A stretch of 62,375 nucleotides of DNA, filler included, from Jimgerdemannia flammicorona (lineage: Eukaryota), in NCBI GenBank assembly GCA_003990765.1. It is 2 parts of 2 records of this genome, joined end to end, with 100 filler letters (N's around TTAATTAATTAA, not from the genome) between each part and the next. Parts side by side here need not be neighbours in the genome. Positions count along the whole stretch, not along the records: positions 31,244 to 62,375 come from RBNJ01000411.1; 1 more part is not named here. One strand, 5' to 3'. Below, in pieces: positions 38,449 to 50,267 of the stretch. The notes under the pieces are model-generated. The model was not told the origin of the DNA. It did not search any database and saw only the letters and a list, made by a program, of their open reading frames with translations. Positions within the stretch are counted from its first letter, which is position 1. Every line of letters begins with the position of its first letter. The translations under genes and the position numbers were made by a program.

Positions 38449-38861
38449 TAGTGCTCCCAACGAATCAAATCGAATCAAATTTGGCCCAAACTCAATTTGA
38501 TTTGATTGAATCAAGGGTCTAATTCGATTTGATTCAAATCAAATCAAAGGTCCAATTTAATTTGAAGTTCAATTCAAACCTTAATTTTCAAAATGTAATA
38601 ACTCGATGAAAACTCATCTAAATTTAACATATTTTAGCTTGTTAGATTCACTGTATTAATGTGATTCTAACAAGCTAAAGTATGTTAGATTTGGATGAGT
38701 TTATGCTGAGTTATTGCATTTTGAAAATTAGGGTTTGAATCAGACCCTCAATTTGATTTGACTTTTGATTCGATTTGAATTGATTCGAATTAAAAAATCC
38801 CGACTCGTTTAACCCTCAATTCAATTTGATTTGAATTGATTCGACTCATTTGGAAGCACTA
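38449..38861. mobile_element. 413-bp hAT-type foldback MITE with 8-bp TSD
   Basis: TIRs TAGTGCTCCCAA.../...TTGGAAGCACTA; GTTATTAT duplicated at 38441-38448 and 38862-38869; interior is largely one imperfect palindrome. Confidence 0.88.
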
Positions 38862-39844
38862 GTTATTATAATAACTCTCATTGATAAGACCTCCTTATCT
38901 ATTAACTAGAATGATCATTATCAACTTCTTTATAAACTATTCATATTATAGCTTTGAGATATACATAGGATCTTTTGATGATATTTATCTTTTTTTTTTT
39001 AGTATTATTTTATATATTATTTTATAATATATCTATAGAGAGGATTAGAGTCAACTATGGCAACGTTGGAGGATCTGTGCAAGTCAAATCGGTAAAACTC
39101 GTTGTAAAAATCACCAACACTTGGGATCGGTGATTTCAACACCAAAGCCAAAGGGGAAACATGCTAGACAGATACTTCCTACATCTGTACATCAAGGGTG
39201 CGAGTGAAAATCGGCTGCGGCGTGGTCTATTTGATCAGATGAGCGACCGGAATTATTTTGAAAATGAGGTTCCTGTCTAAAAGTTCATGCGAGTAACTCC
39301 GTGCGATATAACATCAAGTAGTATGTGCCATTGTCTACATTTCTGAAATACACACTGTGTAGGATATAACTGTAATAATAGAATTGCTTTATCGCATTAC
39401 GCGCCACGGAAATGCGTCTATACAAGGTCAAATCAGCAATTATGCATGGTCCCTCGCTTTCATACCAAAATTTGCGCCCCCGCTACAGATCGTCGTGGAA
39501 CTTGTGGGGTTATGTGTAGATCATTCTCAACGTCATCGCGCCAGTTTAAGGGAGGCGACCTCCCCTTTTTCTTTTTCTCTCTCCTATCCAACCCAATTGT
39601 GACTTTCGCAAAAACGAGATACATGAATGTTTCTGTGACATTGGTTCTACTGCTCGCTAATTTAACATGATATTATGGATAGGCATTTGCAGTTTTGTAT
39701 AAAATATAGTCATGACAACATACGCCAAAACAATCCTTGTACAATTCAACACAACACTACATGATGAGAACACTATATTCTACCCATCATGCTCCTACCC
39801 ATCATCGGCCCCATCTACATGCTTTCATTGTACGCGGGTCTGTT

Positions 39845-40216
39845 TCAGGCGGTCGGCGCCTCATCCATCGGCGGCTCCTCCATCTCCTTCCAGATTTCGC
39901 GGATCTTTGCTCGTTTCGCACGTGCTTTGGCGCGGTTCTCGTCACGGCGGGCGATACGCTGTGCAGTGATGGATGGGTGTAGAAATGCATTCCGTTCGTA
40001 ACGGGATCTGTATTCATGTCTTCATCGGATTTCTACATCCTGATCGAACATATCCGATATGTTTACCTCGGCACGCAGGCACTCGTTCAGCTTTAGCTTC
40101 AGGTCGTTACAACCTCCAAAGTACTTGTTGAAGAAGCCGGATCGATGGCATTCCTCCAGGGCCTGGATATACTTTATGCAGCTCTGGTGCTGGTGTGGGG
40201 CGAGCGGGGGGTGCAT
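39845..40216 (-). CDS. CMC2: COX assembly mitochondrial protein Cmc2 (twin CX9C); 2 exons
   Basis: MHPPLAPHQHQSCIKYIQALEECH...FGGCNDLKLKLNECLRAE|RIARRDENRAKARAKR...; exons 40216-40067 and 39958-39845. Confidence 0.9.
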
Positions 40217-40304
40217 AGTACAGATGATGGTGGGTCAGGCGATTTTTGAAAGTCGGTGACGCGCCAAGCCACCCGCGCGCTCTTTTCAAACAGAAGAAAC
40301 CATA

Positions 40305-41335
40305 ATGGAAGCATCCATCACTACCGTCCCTCAAGAAGTTCTCGACCAAATATTCTCCCTCCTCGAACTCCCAGACCTCACCCGCCTCTCCACCACATGT
40401 AAGACCCTTCACTTGTGCGTCACTGACTCCCAGGTTATCTGGCACGACAGACTTCTCCCCCCACGAGCGCCGCCTCAGACATCACACCGACGCGTTTGGG
40501 CAGGTGCTTCTTCTTTTCCCGAACCTCGCCGAGTTCGATGTCCGCCGCTGCAATAGCCTCCCGCTCTCTGATGTCATGTCTCGCCTTTGTAACCTCTCCG
40601 ACGGTCAATCCTCACCGCCCCGCCCACCCTTCCCCACCTCACCATTCTCCGCGTTACCGCACCGAAAACAGCCTCTTTCATGTCCCAGCCATCCACGCCC
40701 ATCTCGTCTACCTGACTTATAACTCTTCGGCCTCACCTCCTACACCTACAAACTTCCCCTCCCGATCCCACCACCACCTTCTGTTCTAACCTCGATTCCG
40801 CCCTGCACCTCACCTACCACTGCAGCAGCTGCCTCTCCAGAACCTGCAAGGCTTGCGACGATCCGAACTTGGTCCGAAATTGGCGCATCCTCGCCACTTG
40901 CGTCATCCCAAGAGAACCACGGTCTGCCCGACCTGCCATCTCGCGACGCAATGCGATGCCTGCGGGGTCCAGTACTGCTCCACTGAGTGCCGGTTCCCGC
41001 AGGGTTTTGACCTGGAGTGCGACGTGTGCGACGCCAGGACTTGCGTACAGTCGTCCCTCAGGCGACCCTCACGCTGCCGCCGCGTCGTGTGCATCTCGTG
41101 CAAGGACGCCGGACCGGCGTGTTTGTACTGCGAGGACAGGGATAACGAAGAGGACGCGTGGGTGTGCAACGAGGCGTGCGCGGCGGTCAGGGTCAACGAG
41201 GGGTTAGGTTACTTTGATCGGGAAATGGATAAGATGACTCCAGAGCAAATTGCAGTGGAGTTGAAGTATTTCTGGCACGCACAGGAGAACGAGGGTAGCG
41301 ATGATGATGATGATGACAATTACGTTGAGGAATAA
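40305..41335 (+). pseudogene. F-box protein with Cys-rich C-terminus, broken by several frameshifts (pseudogene or assembly errors)
   Basis: F-box ITTVPQEVLDQIFSLLELPDLTRLSTTCK; LRR-like FPNLAEFDVRRC in another frame; many CxxC pairs in two further frames; no clear introns to reconcile the frames. Confidence 0.6.
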
Positions 41336-41588
41336 GATGAACAAAAGAGGATCATAATGGTTGATGACGATTTTCATGAAACGGGATGGACCATTAGGTT
41401 GTTTTTCTTCTACACTGCTAGAAAGGTCCAACTTGCTTTTTCTACATAAGCAATCATGTCAGGAGGAGTGTGTACACCTTAGCAATATATTAATATATTA
41501 TTGCTTGTGGTTCACTGATGGTGACGTCACCCGCTAAGTCACGGAATGCATACACACGACGCCTACTTTTGCTTCACCTCTTCGCGAA

Positions 41589-44124
41589 ATGTCCATCGAA
41601 ATAGAGTCCGCAGAGTACCTATCTATCTCTTCCTTCGAATTTCCCTGCCAAATTCCATTCTTAATTTCACTTCTATTACTTTGCAGTGTCATTCGTCTCG
41701 TTCAGCAATTTCTCAAAGAAAATAACCTGCCAAAAACCCTCGCCGCGTTACAGGTAAACAGCCCATCAGCCCTAACTAACTTCACGATCGCACATCTTTG
41801 CCTTTAAACTCACTCAATTTCTCATTGTGATATTCAAAAGGAAGAATCGACGATAGCGCTAAACACCGTGGACAGCGTCGAATCCTTTAGCCAGGAAATT
41901 ATTTCGGGCCATTGGGACACAGTGTTGCGCACCGTCTCCAACCTTAAGGTCCCACAGAAGAAACTCGTCGATCTCTATGAACAGGTTCGGTTCGCGCGAC
42001 CGTCTCTTGAGCCATCATTAATTCGCGAAATGACACCCTTTTTGGCTCTCTTCTACCAGATCGTGATCGAGCTCATTGAGATGCGCGAGCTCGGCGCGGC
42101 ACGTACGCTCCTACGCCAGACTGACCCGATGCAGCTTCTGAAGGAGCAGTACCCAGAGCGGTACTTGCACCTCGAGCACCTGCTGTCGCGCACCTACTTC
42201 GACCACAAGGAGGCCTACCCGCACGAAATGACGAAGGAGAAGCGGCGGCAGATCATTGCGCAAGGTACACGCCATCGGGATTTCTGTGGAGTACTGAGGA
42301 TCTTGCGCGCCGCTTCGGTGGTCTCATACAGCGTCTTACGTTGGTACCAGCTCTATCTAGTGAGGTGACAGTCGTCGCGCCTTCGAGATTGCTGACCCTT
42401 CTCGGACAGGCGCTCAAGTGGCAGCAGCATCAGGGCCTGCTTCCGCCGGAGACGGCGTTCGACCTGTTCCGCGGGTCGGCCCCGGTCATGAAGGCCGAGG
42501 ACGACGCGATCCCGACGAAATGCTACAACACAATTAAGGTAGCTGGCGTGCTTGTATTCGTGTCGAAATATTGCGGGATTAAAATTTTGGATCTCTAATT
42601 GATTGATTTTCGTATTCTCCCAATCCTCCTATATTTCCCGTTTCAACGTGCGCAGTTCCCAGGTAAAAAAGCGCACGCCGAGTGCGCGGCCTTCTCGCCG
42701 GACGGGCAGTACCTGGTCACGGGTTCTGTAGACGGGTTCATTGAGGTGTGGAACTACCTGACAGGAAAGCTGAGGAGGGATTTCAAGTACCAGGCGGAGG
42801 TGAGAATTCGTACGATGCTGTCCTGTTACCGTGAGATTGTATTGCCCAATATAGAGCCATGGTATATGCTCACGACTCAAACGATGAATTGCCTTCCTTT
42901 TCAGGATAATCTCATCGCGATGGAAGAGACCGTCCTCTGTCTCAACTTCAGCCGGGATAGCGAACTGCTGGTGTCGGGCTCGACAGACGGCAAAATTGCT
43001 GTGGGTATCTTATTGTTTTGAAGTTGGCCTGATCCATTCCATCTCTTAATTCTTTATATGTTTCGTAGGTCTGGAAAATCCAGACCGGCCAGTGTCAACG
43101 CCGGTTCTCGCCCGCTCATAGTCAGGGTGTCACATCTGTGTGCTTTAGCAAGGATGGGTCGCAGGTGCTGAGCGCGAGCTTTGATCATACCATCAAGTAA
43201 GTGAGATGTGATGATGACATCACGATGGGGTATGAGTGCAGTAGAGTGGTTTATGTGCGTTCGATGGAAGAGAAGCCCAGCCATGAAAATGCGACACTAA
43301 ACTACGCCGCTTTCATGATTCAAACTGGGTTAGATTGCACGGTTTGAAGTCTGGCAAAACTCTCAAGGAGTTCCGCGGTCACACGTCCTTCGTCAACAAT
43401 GCTGTGTTCTCAGTCGACATGACAAGAGTCATCAGTGCGAGTAGCGATGGAACAGTGAAGGTATATTAAGTTGAGCTCGAGCTCGAGTGAACCATGGCCA
43501 CGAGTTATCCAGATAAGAACCCCCTCCTAATTAGCTTGTTCATATACTCCACCCTCGTAGATCTGGGACGCCAAATCCTCCTCCTGCCTTCACACCCTCA
43601 CACCCCAGGACGGCGCCCTCTTAACCTCGGGGGTGAGCGGGGCGACGGTGCTATCGGTGATCCCGATGCCCAAGAACATGGACCAGTTCGTGGTGTGCAA
43701 CAAGTCCTCGATGGTGTATATAATGACGCTGCGCGGGCAGCTGGTCAAGGTGCTGTCGTCCGAGAAGAAAACGGGCGGTGACTTCATTGCATCTACGGTA
43801 TCGCCGCAGGGAGACCTGATCTACTGCGTGGGCGAGGACTCGAACCTGTACTGCTTTAACGTCGCGTCCGGGATGTTGATGGATACGATTCAGGTGTGTG
43901 GCGGGTTAGGATATATTTGGTCTTTGCTCGAAGTGATAGTGCTTTTTCTTTATTTTATGAGCATTGTTATTCCACTCTACGTTTCAAACACCTAATATCG
44001 TTTCCAATATTGTAATCACAAACAGGTAACAACCGCAGAGGTGATTGGCATTACGCATCATCCATTCTCCAATATCCTTGCAGTGATTACAGATAGCTGG
44101 GAGGTACTGTTATGGAAGGTGTGA
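41589..44124 (+). CDS. SMU1: WD40 splicing factor Smu1 (LisH/CTLH + WD40); multi-exon
   Basis: [116 protein letters not shown] and HHPFSN; stop at 44122-44124. Confidence 0.95.
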
Positions 44125-44290
44125 TGAGATGCGAAGGGTGTTTTACAATATGTACATGGGAGAAGACGCAGAATAAATTTTCTTGTAAAAATTGGAAGAG
44201 AAACATTTGCATTGGTTGCTAATCAACCGTTTGTCCACAAAGCCTTGATTAAACTATGTACAAAAAACGCGAGCTGATCTCCGTAGTATC

Positions 44291-45847
44291 TCAACCATAA
44301 GATCTTCTGTTCCTTTTCGTCGACGCACCGACGCCTACTCCCCTCTTGTTCTCCTTATTCCTCTTTACCCACGCATCATACGACAGCCAATCCCACACTT
44401 CGCCCGCCCGCCTCAGATCATTAAAATGCTTGAGCGCGCCGACCCGTCTGCGCCTTGCGTTCTGGAACCAAGTGGCGAGTTGGTCGATGCTCAGCCCGGT
44501 CTCGGCCGAGAGCCTATCCTTCTCGTCTGCGCGCGGCAGCCGGCCCTGCGTGGCGAACCAGAAATTCATCAGGATCGCTGTGATATCCTTCTCGTAGTTC
44601 TTGCGCGTCTTCTTGGGATGTCCCTCACCGCTGCCGGACGACCTGGGGCTGTCGCGCTTGCTGCGTCGGATTGGCCCCAGCGTGGGCGTCGAGCTGGCGC
44701 TACGGATCGGGATTGGGAGGCTGGTGAGCGGGGGCGGTGGGAGCCAGGCTAGATGTCTACCCATCCCAGGGCCCCACACATCGGATTGTCCCATCGTCGT
44801 CTGAACGACGGCCTGGCCACCTCGTGCCTGGGTCACGGCAGGCTGGCTTACTGACGTCGCTCCCGTGTTGACCAATCCTTTCAGCGTCCGCCTACGACCG
44901 CCCCTGTGCGCCGCGAGCACGGCCTCCAGAATTAGCACGGCGTGGCGAATCCTCTGGCGTATGATGGGGTCGTTTGGATGGTCGTCGGTGCGGAGGTCGA
45001 GGCGCGCGCGTGTATATGCCAGTCGGTCATCCAGTTCCTCAATGTAAAGGTCGCCCTGGTGCGGGTCTGTCGCCTGGTGTGAGCGCTGTTGGAGTTTGAG
45101 GAGGCAGAGGAGATCGTCATGCAGCGGATGCGCCCCCAGGTCTGGCTCCCAGTCGCCGTCCTCTTCGCCGTCCTCGTCCAGCTTGTTCGGATCCTCGTCG
45201 ATGTCTAGGGCGGCGTTGTTGGGGTGGTGAGGGGCGGCAGGTGGTGGATATTGAGGCAGCGTTGATTTGGACAGCGCGGGTTGGTTGTAGAGGGACAAAG
45301 GAACCGTTGTGTCCGGGAGCGGGTGTGGGAGGGTGTTGTAGTATTGTGCCATGAACGACGGCGTTGCCGGGCTGTGCGTCGTGGGGAAGCAGAGGCTATA
45401 AGAGTCGGGGGACGATGCCAACTCGAAGTTGTTCAGCAGTTGTGGCTGTTGTGTGGTGCCGGAGATAGCGTACTGGCTGAGTGAAAAATCCAGCGGAAGC
45501 GAGGAAAGCTGTGTTTGCGGGGCGTTCCAGAGCGGCGATGTCTGGGTAGAATCCCACTGGGCCTGCTGAGCCTGCTGCTGTTGCACCATCGCCCAGTTGA
45601 ACAACGTAGCCTCGTCCTCTGGGATGTGGGTGGTGAGGAGACCCGCGTTTCCGGATGAAACGTTGTTGCTAGGCCGCATGTTCCAAATCTCCAATGTTTT
45701 CGATGGAAGATAATTATTTTCTGGAGAGATTTGAAAGCTGCCGGTGGTGCCGGTGGTGCCGGTGGTGCCGTCACGCATGGCGATGATGATTCCCAGGGAA
45801 GCGTAATGCAAGGGGATCGAATCTGGGGTTGAGAGAGCTTCAGCCAT
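44291..45847 (-). CDS. Intronless homeodomain transcription factor (TALE/KN-like, atypical); ORF is open upstream to 46231
   Basis: C-terminal KKTRKNYEKDITAILMNFWFATQGRLPRADEKDRLSAETGLSIDQLATWFQNARRRR; Q/P/S-rich N-terminus; start codon uncertain. Confidence 0.8.
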   Translation of the reverse strand: MAEALSTPDSIPLHYASLGIIIAMRDGTTGTTGTTGSFQISPENNYLPSKTLEIWNMRPSNNVSSGNAGLLTTHIPEDEATLFNWAMVQQQQAQQAQWDSTQTSPLWNAPQTQLSSLPLDFSLSQYAISGTTQQPQLLNNFELASSPDSYSLCFPTTHSPATPSFMAQYYNTLPHPLPDTTVPLSLYNQPALSKSTLPQYPPPAAPHHPNNAALDIDEDPNKLDEDGEEDGDWEPDLGAHPLHDDLLCLLKLQQRSHQATDPHQGDLYIEELDDRLAYTRARLDLRTDDHPNDPIIRQRIRHAVLILEAVLAAHRGGRRRTLKGLVNTGATSVSQPAVTQARGGQAVVQTTMGQSDVWGPGMGRHLAWLPPPPLTSLPIPIRSASSTPTLGPIRRSKRDSPRSSGSGEGHPKKTRKNYEKDITAILMNFWFATQGRLPRADEKDRLSAETGLSIDQLATWFQNARRRRVGALKHFNDLRRAGEVWDWLSYDAWVKRNKENKRGVGVGASTKRNRRSYG

Positions 45848-46575
45848 GGTTAATCTAGTGACGTGCGAGTATTTATGCACCGCGCACATGCATGAAACCG
45901 CCCTACTGCTCTTTGTTATTGGGCGTTTGGGACGGCATGGTGGCTGGGCCTCCGGTGGTCGCAGGTTGTTTCTGCGCCAAAACCAACAACATGCAAGTTT
46001 CCGGTCCGACACGTAAATCTGAGATGCACCAAGGAGATGTCTTTGCATGCACAGGGGGGTGGGTAGGTGTGGGTGGGTGTGGGCGATCGGGCCGGGAATG
46101 CAAGGTGGGGTTTGAGGTGAGTGTGGGTTTCTGGCCGGGAGGGGAGACAAAGGAATCGGTAATGTCTGTAACGTGGCGTTTGAGATTTGGTTTGTGGAGT
46201 CGAGGTGGTCTACAAGCGAATTTGCTCTCATGTAAAGGTTACTCTCTTTTGAAATAAAGTAACTCTCATTTTCAGATCTCCTGGAATGTCAGCCTCATCC
46301 TTGAGGTCTAGCTTGTCGATTTATAAGTATATACAGTTCGTAACCTGTTGTGTCATCCTATGCAGAAGCAGATATGATGTATACATCTCTCATGCATTCT
46401 TGGGCAGACCAAGGTTATTACGAACTGAAATGATCGAGCCCCTTTCGGCTTCTTTCGTAGCAACAATGGGACGATGACAAAAAAGAGCCCAGCTTTAAAC
46501 AGGTGACGGCTGACATTGTAACAAACAGAGTGAGAGATAAGGGGGGCGGAGGGTGGAGAGGGATAATCCAACGAA

Positions 46576-46612
46576 GGACAACCGGACAACCGGACAACCG
46601 GACAACCGGACA
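46576..46612. repeat. (GGACAACC)x4.6 tandem repeat upstream of KIN17
   Basis: Direct reading. Confidence 0.9.
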
Positions 46613-46706
46613 GATTCGTGCGTACGAGTCACATGATACTGGTTTTTATTGAGTGAACACAAACCTCGCCACAAGATGCACTGCACTCTCTTCAACCCCC
46701 GACAAG

Positions 46707-48118
46707 ATGGGAAAGGACGGCTTCCTCACTCCAAAGGCAATCGCAAACAGAATCAAGGCAAAGGGCCTGCAGAAGTTGAAATGGTATTGCCAGGCCTGCG
46801 AAAAGCAATGCCGCGACGAAAACGGCTACAAGTGCCACATGACCTCCGAGTCCCACCTCCGCCAGCTCCTCCTGATCGCGGAGACGCCCGACACCTATCT
46901 GGACAATTACTCCCAAGAGTTCAAGAGCGAATTTATTAAGTTGTTATCGCGGAGGTGGGGCTTACTTACACCCTTTATTATGCGGGATTGACAGACCGCA
47001 CCTTTGATTCTCGGTATCACTCACCCTGCCACCCTCACTCACAGGTACAACACCAAGCGCGTCCTCGCCAACCAGGTTTACCAAGAGTTCATCGCCGACC
47101 GTCACCACCTACACATGAACGCCACCCACTGGGACACCCTTACTGACTTCGTCAAGCACCTTGGCCGTGAGGGCATCTGCCATGTGGACGAGACTCCCAA
47201 GGGATGGTTCATTACCTGGATCGATAACAGTCCGAAAGCCTTGGAGCGGCAGGTACATTATTATGCTTGCTCCTGGACGATTAATCTTAACCGACACGAT
47301 ATATTGACACCCACCCCGTCTCCTTCTCCCTCCAGGCCGCCAACCAAAAGCGCGAACGCCAAGACATGGACGACGAGCAGCGCGAGCAACGCATGATTCA
47401 AGAGCAGATTGAGCGCGCGCGGCTCGAATCCAGCGGCAGCGGTTTGAATTCCTCGGGTGAGAGTTCTCCCGAGGCCTCGGAACTAATCCGCCAGAGCGAG
47501 GACGAGAAGATCAAGCTTAATCTGTCTCTCAAGCCTGTCGCCGCCCCTGCCGCGGCCGCCACCGCCACCGCGGTGAAACCCAAGCCGCTGGCTGCCATCG
47601 CCATGGCCAAGGTGGGTAGCGGGAAGAAGCTATCCGGGCTCGCGGCGCTGGCGAGCAAGGAAAGACCACTGGACACTGGAGCAAGCGCGGTGGGTAGGGC
47701 GCTGTCGACGCCGGCGCAGAAGGAGGGGAAGCGCAAGCTGACGGCGATGGAAGAGATTATGATGAGGGAACAGGAGAAAAAGAAACGGAAGGAGTCGACG
47801 AACGGGATTGATAGGCTCGGCGGGGGGCTGAACACGAATGTGCATCGCAGGGAGGCTTGGAAGCCGGAGGTCGGGAGGGCGATGACGGAGGCTGGGAGGG
47901 CGAGGGTTGGAGAGAGGGAGAGGGGGTCGAGGTGGGGCGACGGTGGCAGAGATATGGGGAGAGAGAGAGAGAGATCGACGTCGTGGGAAAGGGAGAAGGA
48001 GAGGAAGAGGTTGAGGTCAAGGTCGCCGGATATGGACCGTAAGAGATCCCGCTCCAGGGAGAGGGAGAGGGAAAGGTATCGCAGAAGATCACGGTCACCG
48101 TTAAGAGAGAGGAGCTAG
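46707..48118 (+). CDS. KIN17: Kin17/Rts2 zinc-finger DNA/RNA-binding protein; 3 exons, RS/RE-rich tail
   Basis: MGKDGFLTPKAIANRIKAKGLQKLKWYCQACEKQCRDENGYKCHMTSESHLRQ; ANQVYQEFIADRHHLHMNATHWDTLTDFVKHLGREG; DETPKGWFITWID. Confidence 0.95.
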
Positions 48119-48433
48119 GGGCAGAGGCAAGCGTGCGCGAGGCGATGATAGGTGGTATTGAGGGATGCGCGTATGTATGTATAGATAGAAGCGAGAGCGG
48201 AAAGATTCATATACATCCTTGTTTGTTTTTTATGTCTATTCCTTTACTACTAACTATTGGGTTGTAATATATAAGTTTGCGCAAATGTCTATGAATATCT
48301 GAATCCACCAACTGTTTTGTTGCAATATGAAATGAAACTTTTCAAAAAGGTACCAATCCAGGTAGGCCATAAGGTACTGTTTAATAAACTTCGCCTCATA
48401 TGATTGTCGCGGGCCCAAAAAGGAACAATTTAT

Positions 48434-50175
48434 CTAAATGTCTATGGATTTCTCTACACCTGCCACGACCTCGTACCCGTATACCTCCACCGACTGGTCC
48501 AACAACCCCAGTACCAGTTCGTCCCTCCCGTTCCCATCTACGTCGCCCCACGCCAGCGTGTGCACCCAGTCCTCAGTCTCAATGATCGTGACGAGCTTTG
48601 TGAGGGCGGAGAGAGAGATTAGTGATTACAATCAACCTAGGCGATATGAGTATATACTTGCACACACGAAAGGGAAAAAGAGCAAACTGAACCTCGCCGT
48701 CCTTGTACACGTGCACGCCGTTGAAATGACCCGTACAGAGCAGATAATCAGTCGCGTCGTCGCCGCCGCCATCGCCGACGCGGTGCGGGGCATCGCGTGG
48801 CCGGAACCGCGAGACGTTGATGACGGGGTAGTCGATTTTGAGGAGCTTTGTGACCTGGTGGTCGTGAGCAACGTGAAGGTGGTTCGCTGTGAGGTGGCAA
48901 AAGAGCATGTCCAATAATAATAATAATAAAGGAATAGAACCCTTCACCAACCTTCATTGTCTCGGACTCCATGATGTACACGTAGCCGTCATCGCCCGCC
49001 AGGACCACCTGCTTATTCCACCACGTCTCCGAACCTTTGACAATATCCCGCGCGTCCCCGTTTCCGCCACCATCTTTCGGATGTCTCCGACGGAAATAAC
49101 CCTCGCACATCTGATGAAACAATCAAGGAGTTCGGTCATGGATCTACTTATCCGACAAAAGAAAGAGAAAAGAACCAAATTCAGTCTCGCATAAACCTAC
49201 CGAATTGATCACGCTCGGCACCCTCACGCTCGCGAGCCTCTCCCCGTCCTGCACAACGTGTACGAAGGGCGCGCCGTCGCACGCAAGCAGATACGACGTC
49301 TCGGTGCCGTGGCGGTCTGGGAGCAAAGTCGAGAGAAGACACCGAATCGAGAGCGAGCGCTGCTGCGTCTGGTTGATGAATAAGGGGGTTAGGATGTGAT
49401 GGATGGGTTACGATGGAGTACGGGCAGCCGCCTGTCACGTACCGTCGTGCTCGTGAGAAGCCGGGCTGAATGCTCGGAGACGCTTAGGCGCCAGAATTGC
49501 TCTTGTGGGTGGAAGGAGGTTACGACGCCTGCGGCATCGCCGGCCATGATCTCGAATTCGCCTACTTTTTTTTAAAAAATAAAATAAAATAAAATAAAAA
49601 TAAAAAAGTCAAACCATAACCACAATGTGCAAAGCATCCCAACCTTATTCACCCCGAAGAAAACAAAAATATCCCATCTCATTACCAGCGTTGTGAAACA
49701 CCTCCAGCTGGCCCACGGCGGCTCCCACAGCCCTCTTGCTGAGCATCTGCTGCCTCGAAAAAATGGTGACATTACCGTTCGAGTCGCCGACGACAAGATC
49801 GAGGGCGCCAAAGCCTGTCACGTCGTGCAACAGAACTGACTGCACCGGACCGCCCTTGGTCTCTAGAACCGTGTCGTCCTTTGGAGGAAGGGAAAAGAGG
49901 TGATCAATTCCCCTCTTGAAACAGAAGCGTCAGAAAGTGAGAAACCTCTCGGGTCGTCCACCTTAAAAACCCACTTCGTCGCGGTGTAGCACCATGACAC
50001 GCCCGCCGTCGGTGCCGACCAAGATGTCAGACTCGTCGAGCCCCTCGTCGGCGAAAGGGCGGCCTACGGTCATGCAGTTGATGGGGTAGTCGAGGGTGCG
50101 CGACCACTTTAGAAGAAAGGTTAGGCGAAGGTCGGGTTCTCGTAGGCGCTGGCGCTTGGATTGATGGGTGGTCAT
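48434..50175 (-). CDS. FG-GAP-type beta-propeller protein (ITFG2/BBS-propeller-like); multi-exon
   Basis: Blades DILVGTDGG, HDVTGFGALDLVVGDSNGNV, EIMAGDAAG, VVLAGDDGYVY and WGDVDGNGRDELVLG in GT-AG bounded exons; stop TAG at 48436-48434. Confidence 0.65.
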
Positions 50176-50267
50176 GGCGAGGTTGGAACACAACGCGAAA
50201 GTGGTGGTGTGCCTCTAAGCCTCTCAGACTTTCAACACTTACTTTACCAAACATATAAAGTTCTTTA

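Larger units (their letters stand above)
12757..39057. mobile_element. AT-rich island of nested, hypermutated transposable elements
   Basis: Abrupt drop in GC and near-absence of CG dinucleotides relative to the flanks; many stop-riddled TE reading frames (detailed below). Confidence 0.9.

Noticed and set aside
44291..46231. Homeodomain gene as a mating-type locus
   Set aside because: No partner HD gene, no HMG sexP/sexM gene, and no tptA/rnhA-type flanking arrangement is visible.
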